From NCBI RefSeq assembly GCF_009914755.1, contig NC_060930.1: a stretch of 64,000 nucleotides of DNA; one strand, written 5' to 3'. The first letter of the stretch is position 1. Each line of letters opens with the position of its first letter. The DNA is from the human T2T-CHM13v2.0 reference genome, Homo sapiens. A program made the position numbers and the translations under genes. Shown one piece after another: positions 37,858 through 53,134 of this stretch. The notes under the pieces are model-generated. The model had not been told where the DNA came from. It made no database searches and saw only the letters and a list, made by a program, of their open reading frames with translations.

Positions 37858-38095
37858 CCCCAGCAATTTGAGAGGTCAAAGAGGGAGGATCACTTGATCC
37901 CCGGAGTTGGAGACCAACATGGTTAAAATGGGAAGAGAAATAATTAGCCAGGCATGGTTGCACATGCCTGTGATCCTAACTACACAGGAGGCTAAGGTGA
38001 GAGGATCGCTTCAGCTGGGGAGAGGTAGAAGCTGCAGTGAGCCATGAGTATGTCACTGTACTCCAGCCTGGGCAACAGAGCAAGATCTTGTCTCA
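37858..38095 (+). mobile_element. AluJ, 5'-truncated, tail lost
   Basis: cccagcaatttgagagg...gagggaggatcacttga...gcagtgagccatga...ctccagcctgggcaacagagcaaga. Confidence 0.85.
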
Positions 38096-38449
38096 GAAGG
38101 GTACATAGGTATGATTCCATTTATATAGCATTCTTAAATCCCAAAATTTTAGAAACGGGAAACATATTAATGGTTGACAGAGTTAAAGAATGGAATGGAA
38201 AGGGTAGCATGAGGGATCTCTACGCTGATGGAAATATTCTGTATCTCGACTCTGTCAAATTAAATAACCTGATTGTAATATTGTATTATAGTTTTGCAAT
38301 GTGTTACCATTGGGGAAAATTGGGTAAAGGTTACAGGAGCTCTGTCTGTATAATTTTTCAAAACTGCATATGAAGCTATCATTATCTGAAAGGAAAAAGT
38401 TTAATTAAAGGACAAAGCATTCAAGCTAATATAATATTATTTTCTCTTA

Positions 38450-39260
38450 ACAAATTATGAACAACTTTATGCCAACACACTTGACAACTTAATTGTAATG
38501 AACAATTCCTTGAAAGACAAAATTTACCATACCTGAGGCAAGAAGATATAGAAAATATAAGTAGCCCTGGGACTATTTTTTAAAAACTGAATTCATAGTC
38601 AAAAGCCTTCCCACAAGGAAAACTCTACAACCAGGTAGATCGTTTGGTTAGTTCTATGAAGCATTTGAGAAAGAAGTAATACTAATGTTACAAAACTTTC
38701 TTTGAAACAATAGTGTAGGAAGACTCTTACTCAACTTACAATGTCAGCATAACTCTAATATCAAAACCCAACAAGAACATTATAAGAAACACAATTATTA
38801 CCAAATTGAATCCAGTAATATGTAATATCCAAAAGGACAAAGCATAATAACCAAATAGGGTTTATCCCTAGTGATACTGTTTGGCTCAGTGTCCCTACCC
38901 AAATCTCATCTCAAATTACAATCCACACATGCTGAGGGAGGGGTGTGGTGGGGGGTGATTGGCTAATGGGGGCGGTTTCCCCCATGCTATTCTTGTGATA
39001 GTGAGTGAATTCTCATGAGATCTGGTGGTTTAAAGGTGTGTGACAATTCCCCCGACCCCAGGCTGCCATGTAAGATGTGTCTTGCTTCCCCGTTGCCTTC
39101 TGCCATGATTGCAAGTTTCCTGAGGCCTCCCCAGCCACGTGGAACTATGAGTCAATGCAACCTTTTTTCTTTATAAATTACCCAGTCTCAGGTAATCCTT
39201 TATAGCAGTGTGAAAACAGGCTAATACACCTAGAATGTAAGACTGTTGTAATATTCTTCT
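38450..39260 (+). mobile_element. Old L1 ORF2 fragment (interrupted by THE1)
   Basis: tatgaacaactttatgccaac...aaccaaatagggtttatcccTAG [THE1] aatgtaagactg. Confidence 0.6.
38872..39228 (+). mobile_element. THE1 (C/D-like) MaLR solo LTR
   Basis: TGATACTGTTTGGCTCAGTGTCCC...GGCTAATACA; perfect 5-bp TSD CCTAG. Confidence 0.93.
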
Positions 39261-39906
39261 AATACTTAAAAAAGCACAGACGCCTCCATGGTTGAAGCCT
39301 GGTGCTTGCAGGGATGTTGGGGACCAGGATGAGAGAACTCTCCTGATCTATTGGTTGAGGACCTTCATCCAGAAGTCTCTGCCTGAAAACCAAGAGGGGA
39401 GGAAACTGGAGTCTAGTTATGGGAACGCTGCTACCCTTCGGGGAAGATGTGAAATAAGATCCATTTTTGGAGTTATTTATTCTGATTTTTGAGAGTGTCA
39501 AATGTAGTTTTCAAATACATAATCTTTTGAATGTTATCAGCTTCTACTCTTCCAAGAAAGAGGTTGGTTTAGTTCATTATTTAGAGCAGTGCGATTATTC
39601 CGTACATCAACTTGTTTCTGGTTCCTTCCAGCAGGAATTTCTCCCATACCTTGACCTGTGCTCCACTTTCCCATGGACTACAAAGCCAACTGCTATTTGA
39701 TAAGATGGAACCTTCCTCCCTGAGACATAGGCCCAGAAGAAAAATTTTAGTTAGCCAGTTAAATGACCATTCAGTGCTATAAACATCAGGAAAATGGAAC
39801 CTTCTAAAGAATTGCTAAAGCTTTGTTGTTGCAATTCCAGCTTCTCTCTGCCTAAGCTGTTTTACCCCAGGATTCAGATCTATCTGGGTAGTTGGAAGCC
39901 TGAGGG

Positions 39907-40268
39907 ACAGAGAACCCCTATGGGAAAAAAAATAACTCATTCTAAGGAAATGATAAAGTACAGTAAGACCATGGAAGTGGAGATATTTTTTTTTATTTTA
40001 GTCCCTAAGATGGTCCTTCTGTCTGGTCCCTGTGATCCAGTATTAGAATTTTTAAAAAAATCTAATTTTTTAAAAAAAATTTTAGTATTAGAAAATTAAA
40101 AAATTTTAGTATTAGAATTTAAAAAAAAATTCTAATACTGGATCACAGGAACCGGACAGAAGGACCATCTTAGGGACTAAAATAAAAAAAAGATTTCCAC
40201 TTCCATGGTCTTACTGCACTTTATCATTTCCTTAGAATGAGTTTTTTTTCCCCATAGGGGTTCTCTGT
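39907..40268. repeat. Long inverted repeat (arms 39907-40053 and 40125-40268, 71-bp AT-rich spacer)
   Basis: acagagaacccctatggg...ccagtattagaattttt is reverse-complemented as aaaaattctaatactgg...cccataggggttctctgt with only a few substitutions and indels. Confidence 0.97.
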
Positions 40269-40660
40269 ATAGACTGGATTAAGAAAATGTGGCACATATA
40301 CACCACAGAATACTATGCAGCCATAAAAAATGATGAGTTCATGTCCTTTGTAGGGTCATGGATGAAGCTGGAAACCATTATTCTCAGCAAACTATTGCAA
40401 GGATAAAAAACCAAACACCGCATGTTCTCACTCATAGGTGGGAATTGAACAATGAGAGCACATGGACACAAGAAGGGGAACATCACACACCAGGGCCTGT
40501 TGTGGGGTGGGTGGAGGGGGGAGGGATAGCATTAGGAGATATACCTAATGTTAAATGAAGAGTTAATGGGTGCAACACACCAACATGGCACATGTATAGA
40601 TATGTAACAAACCTGCACATTGTGCACATGTACCCTAAAACTTAAAGTATAATAAAAAAA
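40269..40660 (+). mobile_element. L1PA (PA4/PA5-like) 3' ~390 bp, 5'-truncated
   Basis: atagactggattaagaaaatgtggcac...ggagatatacctaatgttaaatga...cttaaagtataataaaaaaa. Confidence 0.95.
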
Positions 40661-41627
40661 TTATAAAGAAACATATTCTTCATTTCATTTAAATTAGAAT
40701 ATCTACAAGAACTGGAGATCACCAAGAAGCTCTGCTTTGTAGGCTGCTTTGTAGTGCAGGGGTAGTGAAAAGGCTGTGTTGAAGCCAGGTGAAACACAGG
40801 TGGGCACTACCCCAAGAATGGATCTAGATCAACCAACACCAACAGGCAGAGAAAGAGAAAGCATCAGATTACTGCATGAGTGGCAGGCATCACTTGGCAG
40901 CCAGAGCTATAGAACAGAAACATGAGAGATGGCTGTAGAGCAAAAATAGAAATGTGATCATGGAGAAGCAACATTAAGAGGCAAGCATAGGAAGGATTCC
41001 AGGAAGATGGCAGAGTAGGAAGCACCAGGAATCTGTCTTCCTACTTAGACAACAATTGCACTGGCAGAATCTGATATAACTATTTGGGAACTCTGAACTC
41101 TACTGAAGGTTTACAACTTCCTGAAGAAGGCTTAGACAGTAAATTGTGATTAATTTCAGTCAATTTTGGCTCTTAGTATGAAGAGAGAATCTTGAAACCA
41201 GCAAGAGAGAAGCAACTTGTTACATACACAAGATTCACAATAAGATCATCAGCAAATTTTTCGTCAGATACTTTGAAGGCCAGTGTTATAAGAAAAAAAA
41301 TCTGCCAACAAAAATTCTATATCTGGCAAAATTTTCATTCAATAGTAAAGGAGAAATTAAGACATTCTCAAATAAACAAAAACTTAAGGAGTTATTACCA
41401 TTAGCTCGGCCCCCAGCAAATGCTCAAGGAAGTTATTCAGGGTTAAATGAAAGGACATTAAACTACCTCAATGCCAGGTGAAGAAATAAAGATCTTAATA
41501 AAGGTAAATACATGGGCAATTATAAAAGCTAATATTATTGCGACTTTAGCTTGGAGCTCCACCTTTTGTTTCCTAGGTGATTCAAGAGACTAATACATTT
41601 TTTTTAAAGTATTAGTCTAAAAGTTAG

Positions 41628-41973
<346 letters not shown>

Positions 41974-43085
41974 CTACATAATTTAGGAGACTAATGTATT
42001 TAGAGGGATGATTAGCTTGTGTTTTGGAGCACATCATATATAAAGGCACAATTTTCTGATATCAGTAACCAAAAATGGTGGAGATGAAGCTGTAAAGGAA
42101 TAGAATTTGTGTACATTATTAAATGACAGCTAATATGAATTCAAGTTAGACAGTTATAACTTTAGGATATTATATGTAATTCCTATGGTAATCACAAAAA
42201 AATCTACAGAATATATACAAAAGGAAACGAGAAGGGAATTAAAATATTTCACTTAAAAAAAACTAAACACAAAAGAAGACAGCAACATGGGAAATGGGGA
42301 ACAAAAAAACTATAAGGCATATAGAAAACAAAGAGCAAAATGACAGAAGTCCCTCCTTATCAGTAATTACTTTAAATGTAAATGGATTAAGCACCCCAAT
42401 CATAAAACAAAGATTGTCAGACTGGAAAAAAATCACATGATCCAATTCTATGCTGTCTGCAAGAGACTCACGTTAGATACAAAGACACAAATAGCTTGAA
42501 AATGAAAGGATGGAAAAAGATATTCCACGTAAATAGTAACTTAAAGAGAGCAGGGGTGGCTATACTAATATCAGGAAAGATAGACTTTAAATAAAAATGG
42601 TTACAAGAGACAAAGAAAGACATTATAGATATTAACAAAAATGTCAATACAGCAAGAAGAAAAAACAGGAACATTTACATACCTAATGACAGACCTAATG
42701 GCATTAAATTATACAAAGCAAAGCATATCAGAATTGAAAGGAGAAATAGACAGTTCTATAGTAATAGTTGGAAACTTCAACACCCCACTTTTAATAATAA
42801 ATAGAACAAACAGAAAATAAGTATCAAAATAGAGAACACAATAAGCCAACTAGATTTAGCAGATAGATACAGAATATTCTACCCCAAACAACAGCATACA
42901 CATTCTTCTTAAGTGCACAAGGGACTTTTTCTAGGATAGAAAATATATTAGGCCACAAATTAAGTTGCAATCAATTTAATAAGACAGATATCATATAAAA
43001 TAGCTGATCCCGATGCATTAAATTTAGAAATCAATAACAGAAGTAAAACTGGAAACTTCACAATTTTGTGGAAATTAATCAACAC

Positions 43086-43408
<323 letters not shown>

Positions 43409-46400
43409 TAACAATGAAAGTCTCAAAGGAGAAATCATGAGGGAAATTAGGAATACTCAGAGATAAATAAGAGCAAAACACAACTTGCCAAAACTTATGC
43501 AGTGGAGTGAAAACAGTGCTAATGGATAAATTTAAACACATTAAAAAACAAAAAGATCTCAAATCAATGACCTAACTTTACAACTGAAAGAACAAGAAAA
43601 AGAACAAATTAAACTCAAAGCTAGCAGAAGGAAGGGAATAATAAAGATTAGAGCAAAGACCAAAAAGATAATAGAAAAACAATACAGGAAATTAATAAAC
43701 CCAAAAGTTAGTTCTTTGAAAAGATCAACAAAATTGACAAACCTTTAGCTAGATTGACTAAGAACAAAAGAGAAGAAGTAAATTACTAAAATCACAAATG
43801 AAAATAGGAATATTACTATCAATTCTACAGAAATGAAAAAAGATTATAAGAGAGTAGGTATTAGGAACAATTGTATTCCAACAAATTGGATAATCGAGAT
43901 GAAATAGACAAATATCAAGAAATACAAAATTTACCAAGACTAAATAATGAAGAAATCGAAAATACAAATAGTACTACAACTAGTAAGGAGATTGGTCAGC
44001 AAGCAAAATTCTCCTGGCATAGAACAGTCAGCCTGGACCTAATGACTTCACTGGTTAATTCTATCAAACATTTAAAGAACTAAAACCAATCCTTCTCAAA
44101 CTTTTCAAAAAAGTTGAAGAGAAGAAAACACTTCCTACTCATCAGGAACTAATTGTGAGGCCAGCATTACCCTAATATCAATGCCAGACAAGATTGCTAT
44201 AAGGAAAGAAAACTACAGACTAATATCCCTATGAACATTGATGTAAAAATCCTCAACAAAATACTAGCAAATTAAATTCAATGACATATTTAAAGCATTA
44301 TACACTATGACCAAGTGAGATTTATTCCCAAAATGCAAGGATGGTTCTAAATACAAAAACTAATCAATGTAGTAATATACCACATTAACAGAATGAAGGG
44401 GGAAAAACTTTTATGATAATCTCACTTGAGGCAGAAAAAGCCTCCGACAAAATCCAACACTCTTTTATGATAAAAAAAAAAACTAAACAAACAAGAAATA
44501 GAAGAAAACAACTTCAACATAATAAAGGTCATGTATAAAAAAAAACACAGAAAACATCATACCCAGTGATGAAAAACTGAAAGGTTTTCCTCTAAGATCA
44601 GAAATAAGACAGAGATGTTCACTTTTGTCACTTCTACTCAACATAGTACTGGAAGTCCCAGCCAGAGCAATTAGGCAAGAAAAAGAAATAAAACACATCC
44701 AGGTGGAAAAGGAAGCAGTAAACATTTGAATTAGTTGTGTTTGTAGATAATATCCTATATGTAGAAAACTAAATATTCTACAAAAAACCCTGTTAGAGCT
44801 AATAAATGAATTCAGCAAAGCATCAAGAAACAAAGTCAATTCAAATAATTAGTTGCATTTCTGTACACTAAAAATGAACAATTTGAAAATGAAATTACTA
44901 AAATTTGTGTACAATACCATCAAAAAGAATAAAATACTTAGGAATTAACTTTACCAAGGAGGTGAAAGATTTGTACAATGAAAATACAAAACATTGCTGA
45001 AAGAAATTAAAGAAGACATTAATAAGTGGTACTACATCTTACATTCATGGACTGGAAGGCTTAATATTGTTGTCAATATTACACAAAAAGATCTACAGAT
45101 TCAAGGCAGTCCTTATCAAAATCCCAAGTATTTTTTTTCAGAAATAAAAACCCATCCTAAAATTCATGCGGAATGTCCAGGGACCCCAAATATCAAAACA
45201 ATATTTAAAAAGAGGAACAAAGCTAGAAGACTTACATTTTCTTATTTCAAAATGTGCTGCAAAGCAACAGTAATCAAAATAGTGTGGAACAGGCATAAAG
45301 ACATACATAGAGATAAGTGAAATAGAATAGAGAACTCAGAAATAACCCTCACATACATAATTAAATGATTTTTGACAAGTATGCTAAGACTAATCAGTGA
45401 GGAAAAGAGTATTTTTAACAAATGGTGCTGGGAAAAACTGGATAACTGCATGCAAAAGAGTGGTCGTGGACCCTTACCTAACAACATATACAAAAACAAG
45501 CACAAAATGGATCAAAGATCTACATGTAAGAACCAAAACTATGGCAATCTTAGAAAGAAACACAGGGCAGAAGCTTTACAATATTGAGTTTGACAATGAT
45601 TTCTTGGATATGAACCAAAGCCATAGGCAACAACAACAAAAATAGACAAATTGAACCTCACAAAAACTGAAAAACGTGTATCAAAAGACAATATCAACAG
45701 TTAAAAGGCAACATACAGAATGAGAGAAAATATTGCAAATCATGCTTCTGATAAGAGATTATCATCCAGAATAATATAGAGAACTCCTCCAACTCAACAA
45801 CAGAGAAACAAACAATCCAATTTGAACATGGGAAAGAACTTGATTAGACATTTATCCAAAGAAGATATACAAATAAACAATAAGCACATAAAAAGATGTT
45901 CAACATCACTAATCATTAGGAAAATGCAAATCAAGACTACAATGAGATACCACCTAATACCCATTAGGATGCTATAATCAAAAAGATTCAGAAAATAAGT
46001 ATTGGTGAGGATGTGAAGAAATCTGAACTCTTGTGCACCATCAATGAAAATCTAAAATGGAACCATTGCTGTAGGACGCATTATGACAATTCCCCCCAAA
46101 ATTAAAAATAGAATTACCATATGATCCAGCAATTCCACATCTGGGTATATACACAAAAGAATTGAAAGCAGGGTCTTGATATTTGTACGTCCATGCTCAT
46201 AGCAACATTATTCACAATAGCTAAAACATGGAAGCAATCCAAGTGTCAACCCACAGATTAATGGATAAGCAAAATGTGGTATATACACAATGGAATATTA
46301 TTCAGCCTTAAAAAAGAAGGAGCCCTGAGGAAATGATGCTGCATGAAATAAACCAGTTGCAAAAAGATAAATACTTTATGTTTCCACTTATATGAGATAC

Positions 46401-47759
46401 TTAAAGTAGTAAAAATCATAAAGACAAGAAGTAGAATGGTGATTTCCAGGGCATGGGAGGAGAGGGGAGGGGTTCTTATTTAATGGGTATAGAGCTTTAG
46501 TTTTACAAAATGAAAAGAGTTGTGGAGATGCATAATGGTATTGATTGCACACTGTTATGATTGTTTTAACACCATTGAACTGTACACTTAAAAATGGCAA
46601 AGATGGTAGATCTTATGTGTATTTTTCCACAATAGAAAGTATCTCAGGGGAGTTGAACAGAGGAAAGACATGCACAGGAATGAGATTCCAGAGGAATTTC
46701 AGGTGGGCTGGAGCTCTTGGAACCCTAGTTGGAAGAGTTTGGGAAAAATTATTATTTTTATTTTTATTGTCTGGAACCAGAGCTTGTAAGTCAGTGAGCA
46801 GGGTTTATATTTGTATTCGCAACAGTGCCTAGCCCACTCTTGCTCCTGATGGCAAGTCAGTAGCTATTTACTGATTAATGATATATTTTCTTGATTTATT
46901 TTCTTAGGTAGTCTTTCTCTGCAAACTAGGAGAGAGGATTATGATTCTGGCATTATGGAGAAACTACAAGGATGTGCTATAAACCACTGGACTTCTAGTC
47001 TGGGAAAGAAAATAGCAATTAAATGAGAGGGGCTATTTGGAAACAATAACTATTTAAATTATTTCGGCTAAGTATCAGCTGGGTTAATGCCAAATGGTTT
47101 GTAGTTCTAGTTATCATAGATAGAACTATTAGCTGAACTCCAGCATGAGAAGAAATGAGGTTGTTTTGAAAAAAAAAACATGAAAAACTAAACAACTTGT
47201 AGCTAAAATACACGCAAAACATGCTGTTTTTGCTATACACGTGGTTTTGCTGACAATTTTTGTTTTGTTTTTTAAATTCCTATTTATATAATAAACATTG
47301 GTGTTTATTTTGTATGGTATGGATAACATGGCAAGCATTCATTTGGTAGTCAGGTTGTGTAGTTGAATAACATCTCAATAAAATTCAAATGCCAAGTTTA
47401 GCATTTTCCATAGACAGTTACATTTGTAGTTGTGACATACTTTTTTATGAATATATGAATATGAAAACTGTAAGGTTTCAGGTGGATAGCCAAATCCAAC
47501 TGCATTGTGGGCATTATGGATCTCTGACAGGTGATTTTTTTCTCCCTGTGACACTTCCAAAAATTTCTTAATCACTAGGTGTGAATTTCATGTATTTCCC
47601 TATAGGACTTTCTCAATAGTAGGATTAAATCCTCAGAACACAAAAAGCCAAAAGAAAAGCTGCAGAATGAGAATGCCAAAAATCAAATGGAAAAAATAGT
47701 GATAAGGAAAATATTAAGAATTCCACTTTAAAAGCAAAACAATGATTCCATTTAATCGA

Positions 47760-48720
47760 ATATAACTTTCAAGTCATTATCTCTTCCCTGAACGATTGCA
47801 ATAGTCTTTTTACTGGTCTTTCTGCTTCCAGTTTCCACTCACTCCAATCTCTCATACACTACTCACAAATTATCTTTCTGAAGTTCAACTCTGATCCTGT
47901 CATTCCTCAGCTCATAAACCTTCAATGACTCTTCATTCTCTGAACCATGAAGTACACACTTGAACCTGGCATTCAAACCCCAAACTTGCTGTCCAACTCT
48001 TTTATTTTATGACTCTTATAGTCCAATTCCCTTTATGGCCTTTATAGTTCAATCAACTGGACTAACTCCTGTTTTATGTGTGTAACCTGGATATTCTTAC
48101 CTCCAAGTATTTGATCCCCTGGTTTCTAATACTGGAAGTTTCTGTATATATAAGTCCTACTCAATTTTACAAGCTGAGTTCGCATGCCACCTGTTATGGA
48201 CTGAATTATTTCTCCCCAAATTTTATATGTTGAAGATCTAACCCTCCGTGTGACTGTATTTGGAGGTAGGAACCTTTAGAGAGTGAATTAAGGTAATTAA
48301 AATTAAATGGGGTCATAAGGGTGGGGCCCTAATCCAATAGGACAGATGTGCTTATATGAAGAGGAAGAGACACCAGAAATCTTTCTGCATGTGCACAGAG
48401 GAAAGGCCATATAAGGACACACCCTTCAAAGAAGGTCACCGTCTACAAGACAAGAAGAGAGGCCTCACTGGAAAGCAACCCTGAATGCTCCTTGACCTTT
48501 GATTTCCAATCTCTAACACTGTGAGAAAATACAATTCTGTTGTTTAAGCTGCTTAGTCTGTGGTATTTTGTTGTGGCAGCTGAGCAAACTAATACACCAT
48601 CTCCTCTGCAATTCCTCCCTGATCATCACGATTTCCCCTTCCTCTCTTCTCCTGGTATTTGATTTGTATCTATAAATTAGCACTTATCACTTCCCAGGAT
48701 TAATTATAGTAATTTAGTGT
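47760..48720 (+). mobile_element. L2 fragment (interrupted by MLT1)
   Basis: cattatctcttccctgaacgattgcaatagtc...; gcatgccacc [LTR] tcctctgcaattcctccctgatc. Confidence 0.65.
48192..48596 (+). mobile_element. MLT1A/B-like MaLR solo LTR
   Basis: TGTTATGGACTGAATT...AAACTAATACA; TSD CCACC/CCATC. Confidence 0.88.
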
Positions 48721-49170
48721 AGCATTTAATATTCGTTTTGGTCCAAATAAGACAAGACTTCATTGTTATTTAATGTAAACGCAATTGGGATCTCTCAGTT
48801 TAGGAATTTAGGTATTTAGATTCCTTGCTCAAAATGATCCAGTCTTAGATTCTATTTTTTGGTGTTTGCCCAACCTAGCACTTTCATCCTGAAAGTCACC
48901 TAATTGTTCAAGCTGGCTGATAAAGCTCAAATCATACATATTCCAGTAAACAGGAGAAAGGAAGTCAGAAGGAAAGGAATAAAAAGGCCCTCTTCTCAAA
49001 CGAATTAGCTCCCCTTCGAAAGCCTTCTAAAAATCCCAAACAATACTTCTGCTTACATTTCATTAATGGGAATCTAATAATATGTAACACCTAATTGCCA
49101 GGGGTGTGCAGCCATTTAGCTGGATGTTTAAAAGAGACATTTATTAGTAAATAGCAGTCTCTGTCATATT
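48720..49170 (-). mobile_element. Old MaLR LTR (MLT1J/K-like), degraded
   Basis: atcccaaacaatacttctgcttacatttcatt...cacctaattgccagggg...tagtaaatagcagtctctgtcata. Confidence 0.5.
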
Positions 49171-51129
49171 TACATTATTTGTATTACTTCTAGAAGCCTG
49201 TAAGTTCCTTATGAGCATGTTAATTATATTTATGCATCTTGAAAAGTATATATCACTAAGTAGAGCCTACTCATCTCCTGCTACCTGCTCAGATTTATGG
49301 ATATCCTAAGTCTTTTGATAGTAACACTGTCATTAAGCTATAAATGTTGTATTTTATGTTGAATTTTCTCAAGATGGGGATTTCCACTCATTGCTTACTA
49401 AGGTAAGAAAGCCTATTTGTCTAAACCTTTCCACAGGCAGCAAATTATTAGTATGGTAGTATCTCCTTCTTTTTTTTTTTTTAACTTCACAAAGGATCGT
49501 AAGAGCAGATCTTTATTTTTTTAAACAAAGAAAATAGCTTGGGTATATTTCCAGGAGAGAAAATCCTTTTCTATTGTAAATTTGTTGACTTTAGCACCAT
49601 CAGATGATCAGGCCTCCATTTCCTCCCAGGGACACTGGCGAAGAGGAATGGGCAAGATGCTTTTTTTTTTTAATATATAAATTGCTTAAAAGCCCATCCT
49701 CTTCTTTGGGATGATGCTAAGTGCAAACTACTTGCCCTGCTCCTTAGATTGTTGTCTATCAACTCTTCTACTTTTTCTTCACTTTGCTCTCTTATACTCC
49801 AAACCAGCATTAGAAATCATAAACCAAGGTGAAGGGTATATGAGATTGACATTGGTGATGGGGTGGAGTTATGGGAGGGGTTAATTCCCACTCTACCAAT
49901 CCTTGCTTCGATGTCCCAGTTTGTGGAGGTACAGGGTACATACAATCGCATCCGGCAGAGGCACAATTCGGAAATGGAACTAGCTACCTCCTTGTCTTCA
50001 GTTTTAGAGTTGAACTGAGCCAATGGAAGGTTGATTTAATGGTTGTCCTAATGGACAGATGTTAAGGCTCCCTTTAGACTCTTCTGGTCCTTAATTCTAC
50101 TCACAAGGGTCTAAGTCTCTGTCGGACTTTTCTCTGCCAAAGACATCCTGAAACACAACACAATCTCTCTGGCATGGCTCTGAACTCCACCTTTCTCCTG
50201 TGAGTACAATAAACACAGAAGTATTCATGCCCTTGCAAGGGATCTTTGTCAGGTCTAACAGAAACACCTAGAGAAATAGAGGCATATCGGTTTGTTTATA
50301 CTAACTCCTCCCTTCTCCAACGTATCCAATCAGGTTTATAGCAAATAACAGATGTTGTTAATAATCTAGTAAGAACCACTATTATGCCCATTTTCCCAGG
50401 AGTGCAACTGAAGGATTTTCTGTAAATATACTAACAAGTGACAAATTGTTCACGTCTATTTTCATGAAATGTTTTGACTGCTGAAGTTGTTCTATAGCAG
50501 TTCATTAAAGGACCCATAAAATATGTAAGTTTACATTTTATAAAAAGATCATCAGGAATTTCTTGGCTGATAGTATTTCTTGTATTAAGCATCTGTTTTC
50601 TATTTTCTAAAGGCTTGCAGCAGTGGTTGTCCAATTGTATATCAAAAATAGTTGATTTAAGTTGGATGAAAACATTGTAACTTCTTATTAAAGATTAGTA
50701 ACCCACCAATGAAGCTTCCTTAGAAGGCAACCAGCAATGTGTATGTAGCACATCTGGTTTCAAAATATTAAAAAATGATAAACACCCACCGATACAATCC
50801 ATCTGTTCTATCTGCATAATTGTCTTATTTTTAAAACTAGGACATGCACTGAGCTTAACATTACACAAAGATGAAGAATTTTGCTCCTCCATGTCTAGGC
50901 AGTAATAAATGATTGAGGTCAGCTTTGGAGGAATGTCATGTTTATGACTACATATGTAGGCATTCTGGAAAACTAGCTAAAACCTTATTACAACATAAAA
51001 AAGCCTGTCCTTCCCTTAAAATTGTAGGAAAAATCAAAGGGGATAGAATATTAAAAATCACTGACTAATATTTTTAATCGAAGAGAGTCAAGAGTTCAAT
51101 GAAGACTATTAGTTTAACACTATTAATAT

Positions 51130-51350
51130 CAGCTACCATTTATTAAACAGTGTTTAATTTGTGCCAGACACTATGTCAAGCACTTTACATGCATTGTCTC
51201 CTTTAGTCCTCATAACAACCTCTTCGAATCCCATTTTAGAAAAGAAAACTGAAGCTCAGACAGTTAGGTGGTTTATCCAAGGCTACATGGCTAGGGCATG
51301 GTGAAGCCATGATTTCCATTTGGGCGGCATGGCTTCAGTGCCCATTCTTT
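51130..51350 (-). mobile_element. MIR
   Basis: agctaccatttatt...tgtgccagacactatgtcaagcactttacatgcatt...cccattttagaaaagaaaactgaagctcaga. Confidence 0.8.
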
Positions 51351-51532
51351 TATGCTCTTGGTGATACAACACAAAATATCTTTTAAAACAATTTAAGTTT
51401 CCTTAGAGTTAATAGTTTTTTTCTAAAAGCTATTCTCTTAAATATTAAGAACTTCTTCTCTCCAACCTGCATCCCATCCATAAATTCATTATAACATGAA
51501 CAATGATAATGATAATAATTAACATTTGTTAG

Positions 51533-51866
<334 letters not shown>

Positions 51867-52121
51867 TTCAGATACTTTTCTAATCTCTTTACAAATTAAT
51901 TCAATCCTCATAACCCTACAAGATACGTACATTTGTTTCACCTCTTCTTGACCCTTTTCAAATAAGAAAAATGAGGCATAAGAGTTAAATAACTAGCTCA
52001 GATCATATAACTAGGACGTGAAGTTCCTAAGATTTGAACTCGGGAACTCTGGCTCCAAATCTATACACGAAATCATTATACATGTACCACCCATATTGCA
52101 GGAGCCATGCTAAGTGGTAGG

Positions 52122-52780
<659 letters not shown>

Positions 52781-53134
52781 AATAAAATAATGTAACAGTA
52801 AAAAGAAAAAATTATCCATACCTTTGGGGGAATCACATTTTAGTACAAGACGACAGAAGTTTAAACCAGAGATTAAAATAATATGATATTGCTATATTGG
52901 TAGTTAATGTAGGGTGCTAGGAGAACTAAAAAATGATGAGTCTGGGGCACAGAAATTCAGAAAAGACTTCACAGATGACATTTGAGCAAATTGTTAAAGG
53001 ATGAGCAGGTATTCTCAAAGACGAAGGTGGCGGCTAATAGGATTGAGAGTAAAGAAAGGGCAGGAGGGTGGAGAAAATATTTCCAACCAAGGAATTCTCG
53101 TAAACAAAGGCTCAAAAATGTGCCGGAACCCAGC

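Larger units (their letters stand above)
36755..38410 (+). mobile_element. Internally deleted old L1 (L1MC/MD-like 5' end, ORF1 remnant, 3' end)
   Basis: Starts gacttccgcttccagaaagatg; ORF1-like 37480-37690; 3' end gttaccattggggaaaattgggtaaagg...aaaagtttaattaaa. Confidence 0.65.

Noticed and set aside
37480-37963. Poly-Leu, poly-Arg and poly-Ser ORFs
   Set aside because: Translations of the GAA/GGA repeat in different frames.
39270-39900. Possible processed pseudogene upstream of the inverted repeat
   Set aside because: No recognisable protein similarity in any listed frame, and no polyA or TSD boundaries.
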